Shown: piece by piece, positions 36,239 to 45,393 of the stretch
Layout of the letters: each line of letters begins with the position of its first letter
Position numbering within the stretch: the stretch's first letter is position 1
Program-made: the position numbers and the translations under genes
The notes under the pieces: generated by a model
The model's input: the letters and a program-made list of their open reading frames with translations, nothing else
The model's database searches: none
What the model was told of the DNA's origin: nothing
Source: an uncultured bacterium
GTDB lineage: Bacteria; Macinerneyibacteriota; Macinerneyibacteria; Macinerneyibacteriales; DSCS01
Length of the DNA stretch: 64,000 nt
Reading direction: 5' to 3'
NCBI GenBank assembly: GCA_964574875.1
Contig: CAZNOX010000001.1
Coordinates: forward strand, 149,335-213,334

Positions 36239-37300
36239 CTATCGGATCTTCATGGAAAAGAGCCCGGAGGCCATGATAAGGCGCCGTAAAATCCCGTTGT
36301 ACATGAACGGAAGTTTTCTGTTCTTCAACCAGATCGTCCTCCTGAGCCCCCTTGTCATGTGGTGATAGGTCTTTTGAAATGAGAGAAAATCACTGTTGAT
36401 ACTCTCGGCAAGAAGAAGCCCGCTTTTCATGGCATAGCTGATGCCTTCTGCTGAACTGGGGCTGATGAAACCGGCGGCCTCACCTGTGAACGCGACATTA
36501 TCCAGGTGGGTCCTGATCTCGCTCACTTTTTTGGGCCGGTTGATAAAGGCCCCCTCTTTTCTTACGGGGTCTCCTGTAATGAGTCCGCGTCTTTTCAACG
36601 TTGCCACAAGGTCTTCGAATCTTCTTTTCCTCTCTTGTCCCGGAGGAAGAGCACTGCCAACGAGAAGATGATCCTCTTTTTGAATGATCCACGAGTAGAA
36701 ATCAGTGACAGAGCGGTGGAAAAGGGATGTATAAAAAGGAGTCTCCTTCTCCGTCTTGAACCAGTACTGCAAAGCCAGATAAGAAGGCCCCCGGAAAGAC
36801 GGATCAGCCTGCCGTCTGACGCGTGAGCCTGCACCGTCAGCGCCTACGAGGATCTTTGTCCGGGCCTCTCTGATCTCCCCGTTCTGGCGGAAAGTCACGG
36901 TGATCCCGTCTCCGTCTTTTCGGTGGGAAAGATAGAGTGAGTCATATCTTTGATCCACATGCTCAGGAAGAGCCGCAGCAAGCCATCGGTCGAATTTTTC
37001 CCGGTCGATGTTGATATAAAAACGCTGATAGTAGCGCTCAAGATCATGATCCATGTCAATGGTACGGACACTGAACAGCTGAGGGCTTGTAAGAACATCA
37101 CCCGGGAGGCCCATTCCGAGCCGGGCCAGGATATTCTGCGCATCCGGAGCGAGAAGCCCTCCGCAGCACTTTTGAAACCGCGGAGAATCCGGACTATCCA
37201 GATTTCTTTTATCAATGAGCAGAACACGATATCGTGGATCAAGAAAACGGGCTAAAAAGACCCCGGACGGGCCTGCCCCGATTATGACAACATCATACAC
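36239..37300 (-). CDS. FAD-dependent oxidoreductase (geranylgeranyl-reductase/FixC-like family)
   Basis: VYDVVIIGAGPSG dinucleotide fold and the GADGAGSRVR motif. The GTG at 37300 is preceded by GGAAGGGGA. An upstream TTG lies at 37360. Confidence 0.7.
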   Translation of the reverse strand: MYDVVIIGAGPSGVFLARFLDPRYRVLLIDKRNLDSPDSPRFQKCCGGLLAPDAQNILARLGMGLPGDVLTSPQLFSVRTIDMDHDLERYYQRFYINIDREKFDRWLAAALPEHVDQRYDSLYLSHRKDGDGITVTFRQNGEIREARTKILVGADGAGSRVRRQADPSFRGPSYLALQYWFKTEKETPFYTSLFHRSVTDFYSWIIQKEDHLLVGSALPPGQERKRRFEDLVATLKRRGLITGDPVRKEGAFINRPKKVSEIRTHLDNVAFTGEAAGFISPSSAEGISYAMKSGLLLAESINSDFLSFQKTYHHMTRGLRRTIWLKNRKLPFMYNGILRRLIMASGLFSMKIR

Positions 37301-37504
37301 GGTTATTCCCCTTCCTACAGCAGGTGTAAGGATTTTAGGGGAGAACCGGTAACAGCTCAATAGCTTTTTTCTTCTCGGTCAGGCCATTGTCGATCCGGTC
37401 GTTCTTGTCATGATCGGCCAGCCTTCAGGAGGGGATTGCTCCAAGAGTTGATCCCTCTACCGCTCACGATCTCCACCATCTCTGGGGGAGAAGGAGGCCT
37501 GCGG

Positions 37505-38203
37505 TCATGGGGTTAGATCGCCGGCCTCCTCACACCCTCCATGCACCGGTTGCATGGCTGTCAGGATCCAGGCTTTACAAAGGAGGTGAACAGCCTTTTC
37601 GATCCTTACGGCAGCGGGTTGTGTCGGCTCTTCAAGAAGGTCCCGTAACCCCCGGGGATCCATCACCCGGGGGTGCAATTCACATATTTTTTTCATCCGC
37701 TGTCCGGCCCTGCAGGAGTAGGAGACTTCCACCATAAACCGGCCTGTCCCCTGTTGGAGGGCATAGAGCAGTGTCCGGACATCGCCGGGGTCTTTGAGAG
37801 GAAGGCAGACGTCCTGTTCGCCGGACAAGAGAGCCAGGGCCGTCCTGCTGACGATCTCGATCTCTTCCAGGGCATATCGGAACACGACAGTGACTCCGGC
37901 GATGCCGCCAGAATCCAGGGGTTTCAACGTCAGGCGGACCAGGGCCCTGGTCCCTCCTGTTCCCGGTTCGGCCGAAAACTCGATTCTTTCACCATGGATG
38001 GTCATGTCCTGGCGGATGAAACTCTTTTTCACATCACGGACATGATGCAGCCCTCTGACATAGCAATAGGCATAGTTCAGGGCCGTGATCCAGAGGACTG
38101 TTTCCACGATGAGCGACGACCATCGGTCAGCTCCGTAAACAATATTGACAAGAACAAGCCCGGCCAGAACGGACAGCAAAACCATGATCTTCAACTTCTC
38201 CAT
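37505..38203 (-). CDS. Membrane protein of unknown function
   Basis: Two or three N-terminal TM helices. GGGGGG RBS before the ATG at 38203. Confidence 0.45.
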   Translation of the reverse strand: MEKLKIMVLLSVLAGLVLVNIVYGADRWSSLIVETVLWITALNYAYCYVRGLHHVRDVKKSFIRQDMTIHGERIEFSAEPGTGGTRALVRLTLKPLDSGGIAGVTVVFRYALEEIEIVSRTALALLSGEQDVCLPLKDPGDVRTLLYALQQGTGRFMVEVSYSCRAGQRMKKICELHPRVMDPRGLRDLLEEPTQPAAVRIEKAVHLLCKAWILTAMQPVHGGCEEAGDLTP

Positions 38204-38343
38204 ATCCCCCCTTTTCAGATACCTGTCTCCTCTTATCCTGAACATCAACACCCGGCGTGCTCAGAACGCGGATCGCAGCACCGGACAGCCGAGTTCTTCC
38301 TATCATAACATACCGACCGTTCTTTTTCCATATTTTTTTCTTT

Positions 38344-38457
38344 TCACTCCCAGAGGCTCTTCCGTCTTTTTTTCTGTTCCTCTTTCTTCTTCATGTGTCC
38401 GTCCAGGTTCACCACAACGGCCAAAACGATGATAATGGCCAAAATCAGCTGCTCCAC
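38344..38457 (-). CDS. Predicted 37-aa single-TM small protein (not in the ORF track)
   Basis: AAGGAGG, then 6 nt, then a GTG start. Sequence (V/M)EQLILAIIIVLAVVVNLDGHMKKKEEQKKRRKSLWE: a hydrophobic helix plus a Lys/Arg-rich tail. Confidence 0.4.
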   Translation of the reverse strand: MEQLILAIIIVLAVVVNLDGHMKKKEEQKKRRKSLWE

Positions 38458-38696
38458 GAGAACCCTCCTTTTTCATGAGTCAAAATCGGCCGATGAGTTG
38501 TCTCATGATTATTATAGAAACACTTCGATGATTAGTATAGACATCACTTTCGACAGATTTTAGTTCCCCTGTTTGATACAAGTGTTTGTTATTTAAAGAG
38601 TTTTTTCATCGATACGGATTATTAGGTTCCCAATAGATGAACTGGGCTTGCAAACGGACGTCAAGATGTTGTAGGGCACAGTCCATGGTCACATCC

Positions 38697-41600
38697 CTAT
38701 GAACGAGTGCTCTCCTCCTCTCCCCTGTCAAGAGGAAGACGGCCGCTGATAAGAAGGGAGTGGTAGGCCTTCTCTGCAATCATCGTTCCCAGAAGCTGAA
38801 AATAGGCCCGGTCAGACGTGGCCGAGTAGCGGTCGGAATCGATATCGAGATAGACAGAGGCTGTTGTCTTTTTATTCATCTGCGCTTTCCAGATCAGAGT
38901 GCCTTTTCCTTCGTCAGAGACAAGGGACGGATCGGTGATGATCCGGCTGCTTTCCCCTCTGAGTCCCAGACAGAGAAGATTCCGGGGATGCTCCATGACC
39001 ACAAAGAGCGACCGTGCATGAAAATAGGCCACCAGCAGATTGAAGATCTCCCTGACCATGGTCTCCGGTCCGGTAATGGGCCTGATCTTCTGGGCCATGT
39101 CAAAGACAGCATCGATCTTTTCACTTTCCCGGACAGGATCCCTGAGAGCTTTTTCTTCGGCTTCTCTTTCCCTCCGCCGGGGGACACCCCGGATGGAGAC
39201 ACTCCTGTTCCTTCCGGTCTCTTTGGCATAAAAGAGCGCTTCATCAGCCTTGGCCACAAGCTCCTCCAGAGTTGTTCCGTCGCCGGGGTAGAGTGCATAC
39301 CCGATACTGCAGGTCAGCTTGTAATTCTGGTTCAACACTGAATTTTCGGTGTTTTTCCTGATCCGGTCGATGATCGTCCCACTGTCTGCATCACGGGGAA
39401 CCATCATGGAGACAGAGAACTCTTCACCACCGTACCGTCCTACGATATCACTCATGCGGACTGTGTTTTTGATAACGCGCCCCATCTCTTTCAACACGGA
39501 GTCTCCCCGTGAATGTCCGTAGGTATCGTTGATATTCTTGAAATGATCCAGATCCAGGATGGCGATGATCGCCTGCTGCTCTCTCTTATCGGCGTACCCC
39601 AGAAGGTCTTTTGAGAGATTGCTCCAGTGCTCTCTCTTATAGAGGCCGGTGAGCCGGTCCAGGAGTGCCGTCTTCTTTAAATAATCGTAGTAGCCGGCGG
39701 CATTGATATAATCCCGGAAGGGGCCGAGTCCTTCGGTGATCTCTTTATCCGGATAGAGGAGAAGCCGTGTGGTATCCAGGTAGAGGCATCCTCTCAACGC
39801 AAAGTAGTGATAACTCGATTGTCTGTTTTCCCGGACCCTGTTTTTCCCGCGGCCCAATTTCTCGATATCCAGTACTGGAATGATCAGAATCCCGGTCAGG
39901 CTTCGTCCCTGGTGCTTCTCTTCCCTGTGGAAAAAGATGTCTCTGTGCGTTTTTTCAAAAAGGATCTCGTTGAGAAGATCGCGCCTCATGGGGACCGGGG
40001 GGTGGCAGCGCCCCTCCTTCTCCATGACCAACTCTTCTGTCCATCCCGAGTAGAGGTCATATTCAAAAAAAGCTCCCCGTGTCATCCCGGTAATATCCAT
40101 GAGATCCGTGAGGATCGTCTTGTAGAGGCCTGCTCCTTCGCTCACCGGGGAGAGTTGGTAATCTTTCAGCGCCCGTCGTTTATCATCTGCGATCTTTTTC
40201 TGTGCAATACGGCGATGAGTTTCCCGGAAAGCTTCGGGAAGGCCTGTGACCGGATCGATCCCGTGTCGGGACAGGAGATGATGATGAAAGGCCCATTCCT
40301 TGTTGTTTTCCATGAAAGAGGTCCTGTACTGGAGGGGAATGGTGTTCAGCCACTCTTTCATTTGAACGAAGAGATCAAGAAGCCTGTCATAGAAGAGAGC
40401 GGACCCCTCTTCGCTGTTCTCCACCAAAAGGTGAAGTGTAGAGAGCATCTGTGACGAACTGAAAAAAGGAGCCCGGGATACCCTTGCAAAGGCCTCCTTG
40501 TTTCCCAGAAGGGCTCTCAGAAGATCGGCACGGTTTTTTTCAGACTCGTCCTCTGCTTCAGTCTCATACTCGTCCATGACTTCCAGAAAGTGCGACGCCA
40601 GGGCATCCTCTCCTCTCAGCAGAGCCTGTTCGGCTCCATGGATGAGGAGCGTGCGATAATGCGTCTTATCTTCCTCCGATTGAAACTGCGAAAAGAGCGA
40701 CTTCATGAGTGATGTCAACGCCCCCGGCCCCTCCTCCTCTGCCCGGCCAGTGACACAGACAAGGTGATATTCCACGCATTCGCGGAGTGATGACCGGTTG
40801 CCATAAAACTTCCCGGCCTCTTTCAGAGCTTTCCGTGCCTGCGTCCTGTCCCCCATCTCATAGAGGAGATCGGCCAGAAGATAGTTCATCTTCGCCCGTT
40901 CACGCGCACCTTTTTCATCTTCCAGATAGTGGAATCCTTTGACAATGACATCATAGGCCTTGTCATAGAGGTGAAGCGTCTTATAAGCCTGGGCCAGGTT
41001 CATGGTATTCACGGTTGCCGCATGGAAGTAGCGGATCCGTTCTGCCGCCCGGATAGCACGGATCCAGGAGGAGATCGCCTCTTCATACTCTCCCCGGTCG
41101 ATATTGATGATCCCGGTGTTGGTCGAGACGATGGCCACGAGCCTCTGATTATCGAGCCGCTGGGCGATCTCCAGGCCCCGGTTGAAATATTCAAGCGCCT
41201 GCTCATACTCCCTGTTCCTCCGGTAGGCAATGGCCCGTCCATTGTAGGCATTGAACTCCGTATCAAGTGAGAGGTGTTCCCGGTGCTTTTCAACCAGGGT
41301 GAGCATCTCTTCAGCTGTCTCTTTGATCTTTTCGTTATTCTGATTATCCATTGAGGTGACCAGGAGCTGGTTGAGAATGAGAGACTGTCTGTTTTCATCC
41401 AGCCCGTAAATCATCTCCCGAAACTTCTCCACAGTCTCTTCCACCTTGTCGTATTCTCCATCGATCACGTAATGCATCAGAAGATTATTGAAGACACTCC
41501 CCCACTCCTCAGGGTGATCAGCCGGTCCTTTTTTTATAAAATCAAGGAGCGATGCGACCTGATGCTCGTCCCGGCTTTGATCAATGACAAGTCGATAGCT

Positions 41601-43493
41601 TTCAAAAAGGATCCGGCGCAGCGGGGTATCCGCATAAGTCTTCATCTGTTCTAAGATCACATCGCGGCTGATGGACCGCTGAACATCAATATCATCCAAA
41701 ATCTGATAAAGCCTGAAAAGATTCACCCCGAGAAGATCATGAACAGAATGATGAAACTGCAAAAAGAGGTGCCGGAAAAATCTGTGATGAAGGGACTGTT
41801 CCCGAACACCCAATTGAAGATAGGTGTCCATGGCCTTCTGATACGCTTCGGCTCCGAACCCGGAGTTCAATGCAAGATAGACATAACTTTCCAGATAGGA
41901 GAGTTCCCGGAATCCGTTCTCTTCAAAATAGTCCAGAACGCGGCGGGCCAGGGCGGGATCCACACTCTTCTTTTCAGAGTCCATGAGGGAAGAGAGCCGG
42001 AAGACAGTGAACAAGTCATCCTGATAGGCAACATCCTGACGCTCAAAGGACTCCAGGGCTTTTTTCATGGAAGGAGGAGCCTTCTCCGTAAATGCCAGCG
42101 GAATCTTTCCCCCCATGGCCCGCGCGAGTGCCAGAACCTCTTTGGCATCAATCTCCGATGTCCCTTTTTCTGCTTTGAAACTGAGCCCCGGTGCGAAACA
42201 CTTCTGTGGATGCAAAAAAACACCCCGGCTGTCATGAAGCTCGAAACACCCCTCTTCACCTGCCTTTTTCAAACTTTTCATGATCAGGGCTGGTTCACCT
42301 TCGCTTTGCCGGATCACCTCCCGGGCAATATCACGAGGATCATCAAGGAAGATAAAGTAATATTGGAGGATACGGGCCGCTTCTTTTTCATCCAGGCGTG
42401 CCATTGTCAGGGGCACCATCCCTTTCAGAGGTCGTCTGTTCCAGGCGATGATCCGAAGGTCTTTGGGCTGGAAACGCCTGGAGAGATAATTTAAAAACCT
42501 CATATCGTCTTCTGTCAGCCTGTCTGCACGCCCAAAGCCCAAAAGAACCGGGCCTGTGGCGGTTTTGTTCTCCAGTGACCGAACAGCTTTCGTCCGGAAC
42601 TCTTCAGGAGTCCGCAGGCGGGACTCTCTCTCTTTCTCTTCAGGATGCTCAAGATATTTGATGATCCGTTCAGCAGGGGAGATCGTCTCCTCTTCCATAC
42701 CGAAATACTCGTACCCTTTGGACTGGAACAGGGGGATCAATCCCTGATACCAGAGACAGGCATTCTCTTCAGAGGCGTAATCAAAGAGAAGCATGAGTGA
42801 TTCCGGCGTCTCCAGGAGAGGGATCTCCCTCTCCCAAAGGATCAGGGCTCCGGGAAACGGGGTGGAGCGGACATGCTCCCTGACGACAGCGGCCTGAATG
42901 CTGTCGGAGATCACCTCTTTATGGGGAAAGTAGAGCCTGAGGTCCATCACATCCTTTTCTGAAATCCTGTATCCGGCTTCGTCCATGAGACGCACAAAAG
43001 AGAGCAGGTCGGCCCGCCGTCCCATGTCGATGTCCACGTAAAGGGGGCTCATATCAAAAAAAACGACTTTCCCGTCACGGGTCTTTAAAACGTTGCTCTC
43101 CCGGAGGTCTCCGTGATATGTCCCGTTGGCATGGAGAAAAGAGATGAGGGCATAAAGGCTGTTGATCAGCTCCTCTTTATTCTTCGAATTCATATGAAAG
43201 AGCTCCGGCATCTTGTCCGCAATATAAAAAGAGCGGCCGCTGTCCGTAAAACGGCCGTCGATACTCATCAGGCTGTGAAAAGAACGGATGGGACGCAGAA
43301 GCGGGTGGCGATAGAGAGAAGTGGCCATATACTCTTTCTTCAGAAGGTCTTTCTGAAACTTCTCTTCAGAAACGGTCATTTTAAGAATGAGTTCTCTTTC
43401 GGGGGAAAAGAGGTCCCCGGCTTCATAAACGATGAAATTGTCGTTACTGTTGAGAAGCTGTTTTATGGTAAAACGCCCGTTGAGCAGTCTCAT
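38697..43493 (-). CDS. Giant multidomain signalling protein: ePK-like protein kinase N-domain + TPR repeats + GAF-like region + GGDEF diguanylate cyclase
   Basis: Kinase-like elements ILK (beta3 Lys), HGDLRESNVL (catalytic loop) and FFDMS (DFG-like). TPR-like repeats in the middle. RMSD I-site plus RYGGEEF. No P-loop. Paralog of the 45394-50121 product. Confidence 0.8.
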   Translation of the reverse strand: MRLLNGRFTIKQLLNSNDNFIVYEAGDLFSPERELILKMTVSEEKFQKDLLKKEYMATSLYRHPLLRPIRSFHSLMSIDGRFTDSGRSFYIADKMPELFHMNSKNKEELINSLYALISFLHANGTYHGDLRESNVLKTRDGKVVFFDMSPLYVDIDMGRRADLLSFVRLMDEAGYRISEKDVMDLRLYFPHKEVISDSIQAAVVREHVRSTPFPGALILWEREIPLLETPESLMLLFDYASEENACLWYQGLIPLFQSKGYEYFGMEEETISPAERIIKYLEHPEEKERESRLRTPEEFRTKAVRSLENKTATGPVLLGFGRADRLTEDDMRFLNYLSRRFQPKDLRIIAWNRRPLKGMVPLTMARLDEKEAARILQYYFIFLDDPRDIAREVIRQSEGEPALIMKSLKKAGEEGCFELHDSRGVFLHPQKCFAPGLSFKAEKGTSEIDAKEVLALARAMGGKIPLAFTEKAPPSMKKALESFERQDVAYQDDLFTVFRLSSLMDSEKKSVDPALARRVLDYFEENGFRELSYLESYVYLALNSGFGAEAYQKAMDTYLQLGVREQSLHHRFFRHLFLQFHHSVHDLLGVNLFRLYQILDDIDVQRSISRDVILEQMKTYADTPLRRILFESYRLVIDQSRDEHQVASLLDFIKKGPADHPEEWGSVFNNLLMHYVIDGEYDKVEETVEKFREMIYGLDENRQSLILNQLLVTSMDNQNNEKIKETAEEMLTLVEKHREHLSLDTEFNAYNGRAIAYRRNREYEQALEYFNRGLEIAQRLDNQRLVAIVSTNTGIINIDRGEYEEAISSWIRAIRAAERIRYFHAATVNTMNLAQAYKTLHLYDKAYDVIVKGFHYLEDEKGARERAKMNYLLADLLYEMGDRTQARKALKEAGKFYGNRSSLRECVEYHLVCVTGRAEEEGPGALTSLMKSLFSQFQSEEDKTHYRTLLIHGAEQALLRGEDALASHFLEVMDEYETEAEDESEKNRADLLRALLGNKEAFARVSRAPFFSSSQMLSTLHLLVENSEEGSALFYDRLLDLFVQMKEWLNTIPLQYRTSFMENNKEWAFHHHLLSRHGIDPVTGLPEAFRETHRRIAQKKIADDKRRALKDYQLSPVSEGAGLYKTILTDLMDITGMTRGAFFEYDLYSGWTEELVMEKEGRCHPPVPMRRDLLNEILFEKTHRDIFFHREEKHQGRSLTGILIIPVLDIEKLGRGKNRVRENRQSSYHYFALRGCLYLDTTRLLLYPDKEITEGLGPFRDYINAAGYYDYLKKTALLDRLTGLYKREHWSNLSKDLLGYADKREQQAIIAILDLDHFKNINDTYGHSRGDSVLKEMGRVIKNTVRMSDIVGRYGGEEFSVSMMVPRDADSGTIIDRIRKNTENSVLNQNYKLTCSIGYALYPGDGTTLEELVAKADEALFYAKETGRNRSVSIRGVPRRREREAEEKALRDPVRESEKIDAVFDMAQKIRPITGPETMVREIFNLLVAYFHARSLFVVMEHPRNLLCLGLRGESSRIITDPSLVSDEGKGTLIWKAQMNKKTTASVYLDIDSDRYSATSDRAYFQLLGTMIAEKAYHSLLISGRLPLDRGEEESTRS

Positions 43494-43520
43494 ATCCGCC
43501 TTCTCTCCTTCCGGGTTCCA

Positions 43521-44489
43521 TCACCCGTGCTCTTCACGCCCCATGGATTCCATGAGACGCATGGCATTCTGACAGGCGATCTTTTCGCACTCTCCCGTAC
43601 TGAATCCCGCTTTTTCAAAAGCCCGGAAAAGACGGGGCATGCCTGAATAATCTTCGATCTCCAGGGGACAGAAGATCCCGTCGAAATCACTCCCCAGAGC
43701 ACACACGTCTATTCCCCCGCGTTGCTTCAGGTGTTTCATATGCCTGACGATCCCGTCAATGGTCCCTTTTTCTCCGGTTCCGAGAAATGCGGCTGAAAAA
43801 TTGATTCCGACCACCCCTCCGTGATCAGCGACAGTCCGGATCATATCATCCGTCAGGTTTCGTGGATGAGACACCAGTTCCCGGCAGCAGGAGTGGCTAG
43901 CCACAAAAGGCCCGTTCAGGATCTCCGCCACATCACCGAACCCTGCGTCTGACAGGTGAGAGACATCCACGAGGATTCCTTTCCTCTCCATTGTCCTGAT
44001 GATCTCCTTCCCCAGGGGGGTCAGCCCTTTTTCGGTATGGATCCAATCTTTATTGGGATACCCCAGAGAGTTAGGGAAATTCCAGGTGAGGGTGATCAGG
44101 CGGACCCCTTTCTCATACAGTGTCTCAAGATCGTCTTCTGTTGTGATGATCCCGCCTTCTTCCAGAGTCAGCACGGCGCTGATGCTCTCTTTATCACTGT
44201 TCCTTTGGATATCCTCATGAGTGAAAGCCGCCTCCAGGCCGCGATTCTCTTCGATTTCTTCATAAAAACGGTCGATCATGGAAAAAGCATATTGCCGATA
44301 CTCATCGATTGATTTCTCCGGATCGTTCATCAAGATAAATGCGGCAAACAATTGTGCCTGAGCTCCCCCTTCTCTCAACTTCTCCATATCGACGTGATAC
44401 TCATTGGAGTCAAACCGTCCGCCGTACGTCAGAGTACGCCACAGGGTATCACAATGGAGGTCGATGACAGGGAAAAAAGGCGTCATCAC
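43521..44489 (-). CDS. Membrane dipeptidase family (peptidase M19)
   Basis: N-terminal VIDLHCDTL metal-binding motif and overall renal-dipeptidase-like pattern. Confidence 0.75.
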   Translation of the reverse strand: MMTPFFPVIDLHCDTLWRTLTYGGRFDSNEYHVDMEKLREGGAQAQLFAAFILMNDPEKSIDEYRQYAFSMIDRFYEEIEENRGLEAAFTHEDIQRNSDKESISAVLTLEEGGIITTEDDLETLYEKGVRLITLTWNFPNSLGYPNKDWIHTEKGLTPLGKEIIRTMERKGILVDVSHLSDAGFGDVAEILNGPFVASHSCCRELVSHPRNLTDDMIRTVADHGGVVGINFSAAFLGTGEKGTIDGIVRHMKHLKQRGGIDVCALGSDFDGIFCPLEIEDYSGMPRLFRAFEKAGFSTGECEKIACQNAMRLMESMGREEHG

Positions 44490-44490
44490 T

Positions 44491-45369
44491 TTAAAGGCCG
44501 TTCCATCCGGCCAGCCTGGCCCAGAGCCACCAGGCAGCGTAAGCTTTGAGGTTCCCGTTCAAGGCCTGGGTATGAGCGGGATAACAGAGGTACCAATCCA
44601 CCCCGGATGTGTGGGCCTCCTGCCATTGCAGGGCCCAATTGGCATCACGGGTCTGATCTCCGTTGGAATCATAATCGCAGTTATCATTGGCCAGCTTTGA
44701 GAGATACTCCCCTCCGTCGGGGTCGTAACTCTCGATATCGGCAAAATCATAGAGGATCTTTTCATATTGACGGCAGTAGGCCCTGATCTGCTCATTACGC
44801 TGATTCAGGTTCCCGTCTATGCCTGTCCCGTCCAGATGTCCGGTCATATAGACAAAAGCGACTCCGGGATAATCGATTTCCAGCTGATTCATGAGATTCA
44901 GGTATGTGAGAATATTATCTTCTGTCGCATCGGAGACTTGTCCGCACCAGGACCAGATCACCACATTGCACTCGGGATGGCTGTCGAGATAACTCCTGGT
45001 GGCCTGGGCCCAGGAGGTCCTGTCGGGGTTTCCCAGGTCGATGGCTCCGCTGAACGGAGTATCCTGGAGGTCGAGAGCCCCTCCGCTGCCGCCTTCGTTC
45101 CAGGTATAGAGACCCTCTCCTCCCATAAAAGCATCCAGGGCGTTCATTCCGGTGATGATCTGGCTTCCGTGAGACGTATGGCCGTAAGCGATGTGAAGAT
45201 TTGACTTGGCCGCCTCAATGGCCGATTCCGGAACCACCGTAATATCTGTGCAGAGATGATCCACCACAAACCCGTCACTGAAGACGGGATCAAGGATCCT
45301 TGACTCTGTCTTGGCACATCCTGTTAAAAGAACAGGCAGGAAAATAAGGAAAAATAATGTCCTCTTCAT
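44491..45369 (-). CDS. Lipoprotein of unknown function (possible hydrolase)
   Basis: Lipobox LLTGCA. The start is adjacent to the dipeptidase stop. Confidence 0.5.
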   Translation of the reverse strand: MKRTLFFLIFLPVLLTGCAKTESRILDPVFSDGFVVDHLCTDITVVPESAIEAAKSNLHIAYGHTSHGSQIITGMNALDAFMGGEGLYTWNEGGSGGALDLQDTPFSGAIDLGNPDRTSWAQATRSYLDSHPECNVVIWSWCGQVSDATEDNILTYLNLMNQLEIDYPGVAFVYMTGHLDGTGIDGNLNQRNEQIRAYCRQYEKILYDFADIESYDPDGGEYLSKLANDNCDYDSNGDQTRDANWALQWQEAHTSGVDWYLCYPAHTQALNGNLKAYAAWWLWARLAGWNGL

Positions 45370-45393
45370 AAGACCTCCTCCGGGTTTGACATC

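Noticed and set aside
38257-38478. 73-aa plus-strand ORF in the 445-nt intergenic region
   Set aside because: Low-complexity Phe/Leu-rich translation with no RBS. The minus-strand 37-aa ORF with a perfect RBS is preferred.
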